The notes below the pieces were generated by a model. That model searched no databases, was not told the DNA's origin, and was given only the letters and a program-made list of their open reading frames with translations. The translations under genes were made by a program, and so were the position numbers. A DNA stretch of 64,000 bases from Tubiluchus corallicola. Its lineage: Eukaryota > Animalia > Priapulida. Positions 22,054-36,300 of this stretch are shown here, one piece after another (position 1 is the first letter of the stretch; each line of letters starts with the position of its first letter). The stretch spans positions 761,694 through 825,693 of the forward strand of contig JAQGDQ010002372.1 of NCBI GenBank assembly GCA_030141605.1. Direction: 5' to 3'.

Positions 22054-24989
22054 TGTCTGCAAAAACCAACAAAAAACATTTACTGATTTAGCCATTATTT
22101 TTGATCAATAGATGCTTTTGCCAATACAATTCTCAAATTGACATTTTCAAAATCGTATCATCTTCAGTGAACAAATTACATTCTTTTAGTTGGCAGTAAT
22201 GCCGTCACAAGAATTGATCAGAAGCTAATTAATGTTGTCGCTGGACTGAAAATTATATTTGAGCACCAATGCATCAAAAACTGTGCTTTTCACAACACCT
22301 TTCTGATAACTCCTTGTGTGTGAATTCAGTAATGAAGGCAATTTGCATATTGAAAGCATAATAATAATGTGAATAATCACGTTCCTCCACTCTACAACGA
22401 ATTTGTGAGGCTCGTTATAGTAAAATCACGCGGCTGCGAACATAAAGCTTCTTATGAACACACAAACTGCAAGCAGTATATATTCTTCTATACAAAGATA
22501 CTACCTGTTTAAAATGTATAAGTGACAGAAAGCTGATTATCCAGTGCATTACAGTAGAAATTAGCTGACAAAACAACAAACATTTTTTTTATTTTCAGTC
22601 AGTACTTAAACTGTTCAGCTCATTGCACAACTGTTGACTGCCTTACAAAATTACTAAATTTTATGTATAATTTTGCACAGTGACAATGCATAATAGATAG
22701 GCAGCTGGTTATTTTAAATAAGCCATGTTAGGTCAAAGCTACAGTGTTTCATTTCATTCTAGGAGTTTTAGAAGTCCATACACATATTTTACCCAGATCT
22801 CATGGGTGACTGACGCAGATCAATATGAAATTTTCTGAACAGCAAAACATCTGCGTAACCCTTTATGTGTCACTGCTTATTACAACTCTTCTTCTTTGGC
22901 CATGTTTACCTTCTTGGGCTTTGTAAATCAGGACTCTTGAAAAGCAGTCCCATCTATACAGCAGTTGAAAGTGTAACGTCTCTGAAAGCGTAAATCCAGA
23001 TAAATTTGTATAATGGTTTTGGCCTTTTATTATTTTTAAATTAAGAACGTAGGTTGACGGTAATAGACGTTCCTATAGTTTGACTTTTGTGATATCGTAG
23101 TTTTATTTTCAGTGATATCTGTTTTTGAGATAGCTGCAGTATCGATAAAGAAACCTCAATTAGACAGATATTTAAAAGCAGAGAAATTCAGGCACGTTTG
23201 TTTTTACCAAGCTTTCATCCAACTATATACGAACGCAATATTTCTAAATTACTTCTCAAACTTTGATGTTATTCTCGTACGCATCTATTTACTGACTTGA
23301 TTAAGACAGCAAAAGTTCTCCGAAATTCTGAGTGGCTTTTGTTATTGCAGGCTTAGTTTGCATTGTTTCTGAAATAGCTTTTAAAAGTCTGTGAATTGTG
23401 CCCTTTTAGTATCAAAGTATGTTGTATTAGGACCTATAAATACGTGGTAGATTCTGAGCCAAATTGAGGAATATCTGTGACATCTTACACTCACAAAATC
23501 TTGCTTTAAAAATAATATTTTGTAGACAATCAATAATTTTCCTCATGATCTGGACGTTCTTCTTAGTTACATATACCAAGTACTTTTATTCTGATATAAT
23601 GATATTTTATGTGGTTAATTAGTGATTGTTATGAGTCATTTATCATTAATTACTTGATCAAAAAATCACATCTAAGATTCATTGAAGTGGCAAACTTTAT
23701 TTTAATTTATTTAATATGGTGTTTACGTTCAAATAACTGGGAATTTAAGTGTGAGTCTGTGCCGTGTGAAACTCTCGGTAGTCTGACTTGCGTTGATAAA
23801 ACCATTTGAAAATCTGTCATGCCTAATATGATATCATTATGTTAGTGAAGTTACTGACCATTTTGCTCACAACTTCCTTAAACTGAAAAATACTGTAGCA
23901 CCATCGTTATTAAGGACTGAACTTTTTATCACACTGCTATTGGCTTATTGGCAAAACCGATATCAATCAAAATTATGCTGCTTTAAATGGCTCAATATCC
24001 TTGTATTTCTCATTGCTATTTTTTCTTCTGTCTTGCTAAAAGCTTCAGTTGCATTCTTCTTTCACTCTGATTCTGATGCGACACCCGCCGTTAAATTATA
24101 TTGTCTCGGCTGGCGAACTATCGTTATGAATTTCATAAAGGCACCGGCGAAATTTCGCTCTACAGTCGCTAGCTTGATTTGCAGCTGACACACGAAAATG
24201 AAATCTCCTTTGCTGACAAATTAAAACGCGTTTCTATTATGCCGTAGGTAACTGACACTGCGCATCTCAGTAGCTTCAGCTGCATTGTGAAACTAGGCTC
24301 AATTTATGTGGCAGTTAATTAGCTTTCACGAATTTTTCCCAATAGAAAACGCATAGGAAACACAAAGCCCGATATTCTGGCTTCTAATTAGAAATTGTTT
24401 ATTGCTCACTTTAATAGGAATGAGAGTCTGTAAATTACTCACTGGTGAGCTCTACTGCTAACTGTTATTAAAGCTGGTTGTAATACAAATAAGCTCAGTT
24501 CAATCTGTGTCGCGGTAATTACCCTTGGATGACCATTGGCTTGTCCTTGTTAGGTCGACTAAATTGTCTGCACAAGGTGGATCAATATAGTAAATTCACA
24601 TTGACCCCAATTTATCGTCTGTTGTACAGGAAGCCAGCCTGCTAGTACTTTGACTGGTTTCAGTTTAATGTCAATACTGTTTTGAAATGGCTTCACTTCC
24701 TTCTTTCTATTTGTCCTCCGAACTGGCATGCGCCTGAAAATTCTCTCTGATCTCAAAAACGTTGCGGATTGGCAGAATGAATTGTTTAGATTATACATAT
24801 GATATACTCTGCAGAGCATGGAGCTCAACTGAACAGACGACATTGCTGAAATTGTCTTTCTTTTCAGTCCATTAAACCGTTCGATAACCAATTGTTTTCA
24901 ATACGTAAACGATTCAATTTAATACCCATTTTTCTGCGAATTTTAGTACTTACAAAACGAATTTTTAGTAGCTTCGCTATGCTTGAAAG

Positions 24990-25800
24990 CAGGGCCAGCT
25001 ATACCACTAGGGAAATTAGGCACTTGCCCAGGATGCCAAATTTTTTGGGGCGCCAAATTCTGGAAGTAATTCTTAAATTTTTTAGATTAGTTTTAGCATA
25101 AGTAATTGTATATATTATACTAATGTACTATACTATACTAATATTATACTAATATAACATAGTGTGTGTATAACATAAATGCACAACGTTTTAACTTGCT
25201 GAAACAAACTGCTTGTGTTATACTCCTGTCGAAATATATAGACGCCAATATGAACTTGTCTTCTTGCAGCAAAATACTTTCCATTTTTGCTTTACCTGCC
25301 TTCTTAAGATTACATTATTCAACGTTTTATTGTAGACACCATTAGCATGTTAACCCGCTTTTGCGTACAGTGTACATTGTACGCATACTGTGTGGCAGCA
25401 GAGAAAGTAACGACTCTTCATTTTATAAAAAAATTTCTTGCAAAAGCGCATCTAATTATGACAAATAAATCTATAAAAATAGAAGCTTTCAGGGCCATAA
25501 TACGGGAAAAACAAGGTAAAAAAGCTGGTGAACATTGAACGGCAAAAGATTCGTCAAAGAACTATTTGCAATCAGACAGAGTTATGGCTGTGAAGATGAT
25601 GAAACTAGTAATTTGGTGTATGAAAAAGAAGTTATTGTTTCAAAAATTTTCTGGTGAAAAGATCGAGCGCATAGTCAAGAGTATGTACACGAACAATATG
25701 CAGCAGAAATTGCAATGGACTCATAAATTCAACTTGAAATGAAATCGACACAAGCTGTAGATAGATAATTGACTACAGTTAATTAGTACACTTAGTAAAC
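24990..25800 (+). mobile_element. Decayed hAT (Tip100-like) transposon 5' part
   Basis: Starts CAGGGCCAGC, followed by TAGGCACTTGCCCAGG/GGGGCGCCAAA subterminal motifs. ~25483 translates KLSGP*YGKNKVKKLVNIERQK, resembling the basic KLSG N-terminus of hAT transposases. No right TIR was found. Confidence 0.45.
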
Positions 25801-26319
25801 TAGCTATTGGACAAAAAGCTGCGCATTCAATTTCTCGTTTTGTTATCGTCATTTGATGTATTTTAAGATTATTAATGGTTATCTGTAAATTAATTTCTCG
25901 GGTAAAGCAGCCATGATGTTCGGGACAGGGTGCTTAGTCCCGTATCTTCGTTGATGGGACACACACTCAGACTGAATGTAACTTACCTAATATAGATAAT
26001 TAACACACTTTGCATGAATGTAAATGACATATATTACGAAAAAATAAGATGATCTGAATTTGGTCCATGGTACAAGGGTGCCGATGACGTCGTCACTGCC
26101 CCTGGCGTACAACTTAGACACAAAATTCTTGTAGCAAATGGCCGATTTCTTATTGGTCCATAATACATTTCGTAACATTTTGTGGCTTCGCTTGCAAGTT
26201 AGGTACAAATAATTTATTTTGCGAACTGGCTAAAGGGTACTGATGACGTAATTTGGTCACTTCGTGTGTTCCTAGATCATATCATTAATCATTTTACCAA
26301 ATGAAAGCGCACATAACAC

Positions 26320-26880
26320 TTCCTGTTCGTCCCTGCTAATAGTAGCGAAGAGTCTATCTGTGATCATTTTTAAGTTATAAGCCTCCAAAGTGCATGTTCC
26401 TAAGCACAATTTCGTGACCTTTTAGTGTCCTGGGACAGTAAGCCAAAATGCAAAATTTTATAAAAATGCCCAAAAACGCTATTAAAATGGTTCAAAGAAA
26501 CTTTCCTAAACGTTTGGCAGCTGTATCCAGTCAGTTCTCTTTTTTCAGCTAATAGACCAGACTATTGATTTTGTGAAATGGATAGAGGGGTACCAATGAT
26601 GTAATTTGGCCATTTCGAGTGTTCCAATGTCACTAATCGTACTACCAAAAGAAAGCCCACATTTAAGTTCCTATTCGCCCCTAATAGTACATAAGTGTCT
26701 ATCTGTAAACGTTTTGGAATTATAAGCCTCCAAAGTGGACTATTTCGTGACCTTTTAGTATCACGGGACAGCGGGCCGAAGTGCAAAATTTTATTAAGAT
26801 CGCCAAAACGCCGTTAGAATGACCTAAAGAATCATTCCTGAAAGTTTGGTAGCTGTGTCTGGTCAGTCTCCATTTCGTTA
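26320..26880. repeat. Diverged ~220-bp direct repeat inside an unclassified non-autonomous element
   Basis: ~26330-26550 and ~26670-26875 share GTCTATCTGT, TTATAAGCCTCCAAAGTG, TTTCGTGACCTTTTAGT, GGGACAG, TGCAAAATTTTAT, TTCCT..A.GTTTGG.AGCTGT and GTCAGT in the same order. Confidence 0.65.
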
Positions 26881-26999
26881 AAATTTGGCCTTAACAGATC
26901 AGACTAAAAGTTGTTTTAGTAAGTTAGAACGCATTTATCCTATTAGAAGAAGCTAAGATCGATTAAACTGTTTGGTCTAAACCTAGAGCATTGAACATA

Positions 27000-27700
27000 A
27001 TTCAAAGAGCCAAGAAGTGTTTCTGTAAATCCATGTCTTTAGAAGTGGTTACTTGATCATTTCTTGTCAAAGAGGCATTACATCTTTGCGAAAAATATTG
27101 GTTTAGCATTGTGTTCAAATGGCGGCCTATGTGACTTGAGCTAACACACGGCTTGATTGCAAAATTAAAACTCTGCATATTTAGAAATTTTATCTTCCAA
27201 AATAGTTTAAAATAGTACAATTAAAGTTTTTAAAAATTTGCAATAAATCGCAAACTAATAATACAAGAAAACAGCTTATTGGTAAGTGTTAAAATTAAAA
27301 GTATGCTAAATATAAAATTACCTAGAAATGAGTGATATAGTAATTGACAATTTTGAATGAAGGCGGTAAAATTAATCGATGTACTTAAAACCTGTAATCC
27401 ACCCATTTGCAATGTGTCTTGAATACATGTATAGGGTATAGGCATTGGGTAAATTGATCGAACAAAGAAAATCAATGAAGTTATGAAATGAACGAAAAAG
27501 AGCTAGGACGTGTCCTGATTTTCAGTCTATAGTATAAGTACAAAAGTTCTCAATGCTTTCTTCTAACATCTGTTCCTTTATCATTGCTTTGATATTTCTC
27601 TTTCTCCTTTCGACTTTCTTTCTCTCGTCTTTTAACTGATGTCGCTTCTTAGTCGCTCTCACACTCCATACTACCCATTGTTTTACAGTTTCTATTTTCG
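27000..27700 (-). mobile_element. Possible very old L1/Tx1-like LINE relic
   Basis: Minus-strand fragments such as TLQMGGLQVL resemble the post-RT GGL motif of L1/Tx1 ORF2, and a Lys/Arg-rich fragment lies upstream. The support is weak. Confidence 0.25.
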
Positions 27701-30700
27701 TCACCCTTCCAGACTATCCTTTGCATTTGCAAGATTTGCATCTGAATATCAGAAGTGATGCAGCTGGTGGCATCTTGCAACACAAGAAATCGTATGCTTA
27801 TTGCCTCAGATAAATCTAATTTTTCAGTAACAGACAAAAATGTAAATTTGCCGAATGTCAGTAGAATCATAAAAGCTAAGTTTTTATACGCTATTTTGAA
27901 GATTATAGCCTTTGACTATACTTTCCTGCAATACAAAATCAAGTTTCACTCAACAAATTAAATTGGAACATATTAACAGATGTTAACAAAAATTTTAAGC
28001 AAAGAGTCATTTAAACAATGCAGCAACACTTCTTTTTCATTCAGTGAAATTTGTTATGACTATGAACGAACTAATAACAGTAACGTGTGCCGTGGTAGTA
28101 ATAAATTCAGCGCACTTATTATTTTCGAAACATTTTCGACATGTTATTCGCCAGATTACGTTTATCCGAAAAGCTAGTTTTCATGGCAATAGTTTGTATT
28201 TTCCACACTGATAACTATACAGTTTTCAACTCTTGAAATTGGTAGAATACTGATTGAAGAAGTGAAAAGCTTTATCAGCGTCTACGTTTAAGACTTTCCC
28301 CATGGGATGGCAAAATTGTCGAATATCATATGAAAGGTAAATGAAAAATAATATGTGGTCGTATTGATTTCCTCTCCCCATATATTACTTACGTTAGTGA
28401 TTCCCTCGAACTGAGTCTACTAAGACTGTGCGTCCAAACAACGTAATCGTACACCAAGCCATCTCACAGCTTATTCTCACAGAAGATTGTCGATAAACAC
28501 ATAATAGTTTGGTCAGGTTATCAGGTGGCTGCTCTTACTATATTTATTCCTCTGTATCTATATTCTACACTTCATGAATAAATCAGCGCGTGGTTGATGC
28601 ATCTCACTTAGGATGTATATTGAGAATTGTAGTCAGATAGTGTTGATCAATGAAACAAGAGTATCAACACATCTACAGTAGCAATGAACCCACCAAATAA
28701 AGCCAATATTATGACTGTTTTTTGTCTTGCTTGTCTTTTTCTGCATATTATTTCCTGTATTGAATTGTATTATTTTTGCAGTCTTCTTAAACTATTTACA
28801 TTGCCGTCTTTCTTCTCTTCCCGCTGCATCTATTTGCACTTCCCTTCCCTTTCTCTCTCCCTTAAACGCGTGGATGTACTGATCATTAATACTGTCCTTA
28901 AAAATAGCCTATAAAATAAAGTTGAGCGGCTGAGTGAAAATAGCCTGATTCCAATCTGCCCTTTTAAAGGTTAGCACTAACAGCAACCCATGAAATCGTG
29001 CGTTGAGTTCAATTTGGCAGGATCGACTGTTCACATGTGATTTACGCATCTGAACTGCTCGGTGTATTGATGATTGGACTTTCTCAGTAATCCGATGCTT
29101 GAGGCAAGAAAAGAACATCGACGTAGAGTTAGATTGTGTGCCTAAGCATCCTGTTTTCTGCGTTTGCCCGAAGCACCGTCTAGCATAAATTATCGACGTT
29201 ACTCACTCGTGAATGTTATGCAAATGAACATTGTATGGAAGACGTCACTCATATATTTGCTAACTGTATAGCCTCGTTATTGGTTTGTAAATAATGCAGC
29301 GTGAAGCCACTTAATTAAACTGCATTGTGAGGCATAACAGGTGACCTTTCACTTTCAGGTCAAGGGCATTAAAATCAACCAATTAGCCGTTGCCTTACTG
29401 AATTTTTTATTTGTCTACATAGAAAAGCTAACTTGTTACACATTTTATCGTCAGTTTTCCTATTGAAATTGCTTAAAATTTAGAATTTCATGTGCCTCCC
29501 ATTTTCTTATCGTAACCTTATTTGACTAATGTATGACGGTTCAGTGTAAACTATAATCCCATCTGATCTACATAGGCTAAGCTCCAGGGATTTGGGCCAC
29601 AACTGGCTGATGTTCAATTACCGTCCTTAATTGGCATCTCGGAAGCACAAGAGTATTTCAAAGCTTACAAATACCATTAAAGCCGCTTGCCGCGGCTCCG
29701 AAAGTACGTCATTACAAATGCTCAAACTATCTTTGGTCGCCTTTTGATAATTTACTCGCGCCTGCTTTTTTTTTACTTGGGCGAATACAACATACAATAA
29801 TTATGGAAATTGATAGTAGTATTCTAGTACTAGTAGGCTAATTTTTATACAAAGATATCTTAATGTGGTGTCTGCAGAAAAAGTTACCCTTGCAGCAACT
29901 AAGGCAACTCTGAAAGTATCAGTCAAGTTAGTGTCAACAACGTAAAGTTTTTTCATGGAATTTTTGCATGGCAGCTAGGATACTGGTACCACATTTTTCG
30001 TTTTGAACAGTTTAAACGTCAGCAACAATTGAAATTTTTCGTTTTCGTACAAGTCCTTCATGTCTGACAGCATATTACAAACCTTATTAGGCAACCGTAA
30101 ATGCGGAAATAAGTTCAGATACGCTCTTAACACTGCTCAAGACGTGTCCACACTTTGACTTTTTGCAACAAACTGTAAATCTGGACGTATCGGATTTTTG
30201 AAGTCCATCTCTTTCTAAACACTCATAATATCACGCAAAAACGTTTTCATGAAATTATGTGCCACGGACGGATGAATGGCGAATTATTAGGGTAACAACC
30301 CAGTGAAGGAAGCGTAATTTGGCGTAATGTGGAGAGTTGCTGCTTATTGCCTATATTTTTGCGTTTCAATAGCGTATTGGCCGAGACACTCGCAGCCTGA
30401 GGTGAATCTTGGGTGAGGGCGAACATTCTCGAAAAATAAAAAAACAAGCCTCCATAAATTCAGATTCAAATCCTTAAGCATGAGAGTGTGTAGAAGTGCA
30501 AATTATTAGATTATTATGCTCGTGGTTGATTGACCGACAGTATGCACGGTGCTTGTGACTAATTATCACTTGACTTGGCCTGGCCACTGCAGTTTACTCA
30601 TCTGTGAGGAGTTTGCAATTTGCGGTAAGTTTCACATTCTGGTTCCGTTCTTAGGTTTTTAAGCAACCCTTGCTTTTTAACCGTACTATTGTAAGAAGAT

Positions 30701-33302
30701 TTTGATTCTTACCCCAGGTGAGTAACAGGTTGCAGGTTTTGTAACCCTGTCCCTCTAATTTTGCGAGTTAATATAAATTAAAAATGGATGTCTAACATAA
30801 ATAAAAGTAATCAATGTACAGGTTCCCTTAGATCCCGCTGCTCGCGTATAATAATTTCTAACATTCACTGTTTTAATTTAAATGGCAACATACACACATT
30901 AAATACACGTTTTAACAGCTTAAGTAAATGAATGTAGTTAACGTTAAAGTTTTGATTTCTATGCTTAATAAGTGCCGTGGAACACTTTCAACAAAGTTGA
31001 TTTCTAAGTTTTCAAATACATTTTGTTTCATTGCGATTGAAGTTGATGATTAGCACACGAGTGGGCTGTAGTGTGACGACTCGTAGATGATGGTTAATCG
31101 TTCAAAATTCCTATATGTGTAATCTAAATTTTTTTATTTAATTTCAACATATATACCGTTTTAAATCGTGTTTAGTTAAATGATTTTTATTGGCCATCTG
31201 TAAAAATGGTAGCAGAGTTGAATTGTATGTCAGTGCACAGAAAAGACCAAAAATTTAATGTGATCTGCAATGAAGCAAATTAACTAGAGTATTTATTAAA
31301 ACTAGTACGTATAGTGAACGGGATTCTGTAGACGAATAATAGTAAATGAAATTATAATCATCTGCATGAATTTATTTGCGTGAACTCAAAGTCTGACCAT
31401 TTTGGTTTAGTAATACAACTACGTTTGGCCTGCAAGTGCTTTTCGAAATTTTGAAACCAGTTCGGCGATTTTAAGTGAAGTTATCTGTATCAACAATTGT
31501 CCTTAAATGTTCTGGAATGCAAATTTAATTTACATCTTAGCTTAATGACACATTTGTCAAAAATGACTATGGAGCTGCAGTTTTTTACCCTTTACATAGC
31601 GTTGCTGTGAAATTTCTGCGCAGGAAAAGCTCATGCTACATTCATGAGCTTTCTAGTGTAAATAAAAGCGTGTAAGGTGCCGCAATTACTTGCCAGTGCC
31701 CTGTACTCCAATGCAACAGCAAATAGTGAAAAACATGAAAATTACCCAGAGTAATGAAACTGGATGGACGGCGGAGTTTTCATGCTTTTCATTCATTGGT
31801 AAATGATTTTGTATATATTACTGTACACTTGAATCGTCTTTTTCGATTGCACGTGGAAAAACTGTAAGTACACAAATGCACCCCAAAAGCGTAGTGATAA
31901 AGAAGTGTAAACCCATGTCGTAAAGGCAGTGCATCAGCATACCATGCCTCACATCCACTTATCATAACCCGTCAGGTAAACGCATATGCATGCTATTAGA
32001 TAAAAATAACACTGAAACTTTGCGTGATAATGTTAGTAAGGAATTGAGCATGTCATAAATGATTAATTAGCCAAGTCTCCAATCATGTTATTTGTGCTCT
32101 ACACTGCTTTTGAAGTAAAAACAGTTATCGGCAGCAAACTTTGTATGTGTATTTTATACATGTATTTTATGCATTTTATAAATTATAACACTGCCACCCC
32201 TGTGATTACATTTGTTGTTAAAGTTTTTTGTATGAGGAAAAAGTATAAATACTTTTTCATGAAAAAGTGTAAATAGCATTAAAATGTTGTTCAAATAAAA
32301 AAGCTTCAGTGTTTTGAAAACAATTTATGTCACGAATAACAGAGAAACTATAGCTTCTGATTAAAATCACGAAATTACATTATTGCTTGTGATCCAACTT
32401 GCGAATTTTTAATTTCCTTTATTAAAAAAATGAACAGTTTGACCAACAACAAGCTAACCGAATTAAACATTTAATAAATTTACGGACATTTTTGAAACGG
32501 TCACTATAAAAAAGGATACGCCTACAGCCGTAGTGTGAACGCTAAAGTTTTAACTTTTGTAATAGTCGTAAAGTTAAAAGAATTAATTTATTAATCATCA
32601 GGTGAATTTTCAAACCACCTGGTAAGTCTTCGGCATTGGCATAAACAAATGGCCTAATATTAGACAGTTTTCTTGTGCTAGAAATATTTATAATTCAAGT
32701 ATGATTGTGCGCTTTTATTGATCTCACTGATTTTCACGCCTCAAGCGCCCTACTCTGGTAATAGTACACAGATATGAAAGCTTTTACCGGGCTACAGAAA
32801 GCATTCTAGATTTATTATCCTCCGTTGTAAAACAAGGAAAGGCTTTGCCGCTGTGGAAGGAACTTTATGATATAATTAGCAGCTCTTGCTCATTATTGCC
32901 GTGACATGGTCATGACACTGAGCAAGGTGATGGTTGCACCACTAAAAATATTTTGCTCAGCTAATTTACCTACTGATAATCTGGAAAACAGACTTGGTGC
33001 TGACAAGTCAAGTACTTTTTTCATTTTCTTTTCATTTAGTTGGGAACTTTACCAAGGCCCAGTGTAATTAATTATGTGGCATAAGGGATCAACAACAGCT
33101 TGCATGAATTACATGAATAATATACATGTATTTGCAACAAAATCAGTAGAACGTTTTTACTCTATTTGAGCCTTTTTCAGCTATATAGCTACCTTTTTTT
33201 CAGTTACATAGCTGAGCAAAGTATTGCCTTTAAATGACGTTACAAACCCACAGTTAATTAACGTTGATGCCAAACTTACAAAACAGGAAACGTGAAAAAG
33301 TT

Positions 33303-33373
33303 GGCATGCAGTCTGAATTTGAACCAAGAGCATTCTGCTGAATATGCAGAGATGGCTTAGATCACTAGGTCAT
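33303..33373 (-). mobile_element. Degenerate tRNA-derived (SINE-head-like) sequence
   Basis: Minus strand reads TGACCTAGTGATCTAAG (A-box-like) ... GGTTCAAATTC (B-box-like) at tRNA spacing, but no intact cloverleaf. Confidence 0.45.
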
Positions 33374-36300
33374 ATTTACAATGACATTTGCTTGCATGAG
33401 AATTGTGGGCACTACACCTGCCGATGGGAAAGAAAAATCGACGTGTGTAAAACCTCTGCATAAATATTCTGTCTAAATTGTTATAGCTAAGAAAGGCTAT
33501 TATTTTGTTTTTTAAATTGCAGACCCTATACACGGCGACACTGAGTTACTACAAATGTGCCATTGTTGAACTTCAAAATTCATTTCCCAGTCTTTACAAC
33601 ATGAAAATGTCGCGTAGGGCCCAGCACAAATGGCAGCTTTTCTTAGCATTTTAGATGGTTTTTGCATTCGTAGGCACGATTGCAGGTGTTTTACGGTTTC
33701 GTTGTCGAGAGTTGCTGTCATGGGATTTCTGCCATTTTGTGAACTGAATGCCAAGCATTGAAATATAAAATTTTCGTTTGCATTTATACTTGTTTGTAGA
33801 AGAAAATTGGACGAGGTTTTCTACGTAGAGTTGTAGGCGGAAATCCGCCTACCGCTTCAAATGCCTGAATATCCTAACGCTCTGTTTGCTTTCCTGACAT
33901 TTTCATGATGACTGTGGTCACAGAGTTCAATTTTAAGTTGTGTGACCAACTTACTCACATCCCAAAGAAAAAACATCTTCTTGAATTATCTTTATTTTTA
34001 AAGGCATTGGAAATAAATTTAGGCATATTTTCACATAACAGTTTAACTGATGCAAAGAAATTCGCATTTTTATTTATGTAATTTGGAATTGTTTGGGTGG
34101 GCGGCGGGGAAGGAGTAAAAATCGTGTAGCATGTAGGGTGTCGGCATGCTTTTTCTTTTATTGGCGTATCACGTATTTATCTGAGCACTGTTCAAAACAG
34201 TGAGAATCCGCGAGAATTATTACAGCCGCAAATATTCATTTCTAAATTATCATCATTATTTAAAACTTCCACTGATCTCCCTGCTCATATATAATATGCC
34301 ACTTGAATTACGTATGATCTTTTCACATGGACTGTATAAGAATTTTCCCTTTTAACGCTACTCTAAGATCAAAGATGTAAGGTAATCCCCAGGTAATGTC
34401 ATTTTGTGGGAAGGTAAAGTCTTTGGCTCTGGGCAATTCAATTCTAGGAATTTTTTATCTGAAAAACCTTTTGATTCAATCATCATCAAGACACAAGGGA
34501 ATATCTTTAATCTCTTGTTGAGGCTATCCGCAAACATTTTTTCGTACAGCTGGGCAATTCATACAGTGGGAATACAGTACTTAACAACAGAGCCGATTTA
34601 TAAATTTTAGTTTATTATCAAAAATAATCCTTGTAAATGAGATACAGAACTGAATACTGAACGTTCTTGCCACGTTTAGATACTATATTTTGCATACTCC
34701 CTGTACGAGATAAACAGGCGTGAGCAGCATGGCAAATGAAATCGGCCAGATGCAATCTACTGGGTTTCGCCCTTGTTAATGACCTGGCCAGGTATCCTTC
34801 ACTTGCTCGCCGTGATCATTCAGCTGTTGCCTATTTAACTTGATGGTCTTGAAGTAAAATGTGTTTATATACGGCAATGTTTGCTTCGAAGTTCTTTTAA
34901 TTAATTTCTAGTAGCTTACCAAATTTTATGGAAAAACTTCAGTCTAAACAGATACATAGTGGTTCCATCTTTTATAACTGAAATAACGCTTAAAATTTAA
35001 TGTTATTTTTTTTGTCTTTTGTTAATTTTCTAAAAAGAAGTGCTTTATTTTTATTAACTGAAATTGACTAACATTTATTAATTATTTATTAACTGAAAAT
35101 CGTGTAAAATTTTGAAATTATTTCGTAAGTGCCATTTTATACGCTTTCCAAGCCAATTGACTTGCAATGCCCAAGATGTTTTTTACATGAAGCGCATTGT
35201 ATCTTCATATTCAAACGTCATTAATCATGCTAATACCAGCTTCGCAGGCAAATTCACACGCGCCCTACATGTTTTCGACCATAGGATACATTGAGTATGA
35301 CATATCATACAGTCATACTATGTCAACTGCAAACATACGTGTACTGTGTAGGGATATGTGTCTCTAAGTTATCTCTATAGCAGACAGACAGATTGCGCTT
35401 GTAAGGGAAACTGGGGCTGCAGAAGAAGCGAATTCATACCAATGATCGCGTACATCTAACAAATTTTCTTAGAAAATCCATCGATTGTTATCCCCATGGG
35501 GCGGCTGATTGAAAATTTGCCCCAAATAGCTTTTGTGTACGGCAGGATTATATAAATATTGGAACGGACTACAATTCATCGAAGAGTTGCCCATCAGAGA
35601 ATTTCAGTAAGGCAAATTTGGCTTTTAGAAATGTGCCACAGGAAGCAAACATCAATATCTGACGTTTAAAACCACTTAAAAGTCGTCTGAGCCCAAAGTC
35701 CCATGGGTGAGCTGATCGATTCTCCAAATAAAAATGAAATACTTCAAACTTTGCAGTGAAGTCAGACTTAATCATAATTTGGCTAATAATTTTCTTAACG
35801 ACATATTTTGCCTTCCAGCAATCAAATCAATTTGTCAATTTGGAAAAGTACAACCCGAGACGTATTTTCAACTCAGCTATAGTAACAGGGTTTGAAAACT
35901 TTCTATACATTCTATAACTTTCAAATATTTTAATTTATTGTTTTTAATAAATAATAATCATTTATCATTTATAGCATAACGTAGTGGCAAAGCAAAGTAC
36001 GAGGAAAATATTACAAAAAAATTTACGTAGATGTTACAAGTAGTTTACACCCTCAAGAATTTGTCACTTCAATTGAAAATTGGTTTTCTTAATCAAACTT
36101 CGTTGAAAACAAAGCGCAATGTCACGTGTGTATAGTAATTCGAGATTCATTACGCGAAACTACGTTTCATGCCAATAAAATAATCTCATTTCGGAAATTT
36201 AAACAATATTTTCCTTAATGCCACCAGTATCCAAAATACTGTAAGCTACAAATGGGAAAAGTTTAATTAGTAATGTATTGTTCAATTTATTGTACTTAAT

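Noticed and set aside
31620-31660. Helitron 3' end (10-bp hairpin followed by CTAGT)
   Set aside because: No matching 5' end or second copy in the window, so it cannot be supported from this sequence alone.
33303-33373. Functional tRNA gene
   Set aside because: The A- and B-box-like motifs are degenerate and the stems do not form a cloverleaf. Kept only as a SINE-like relic.
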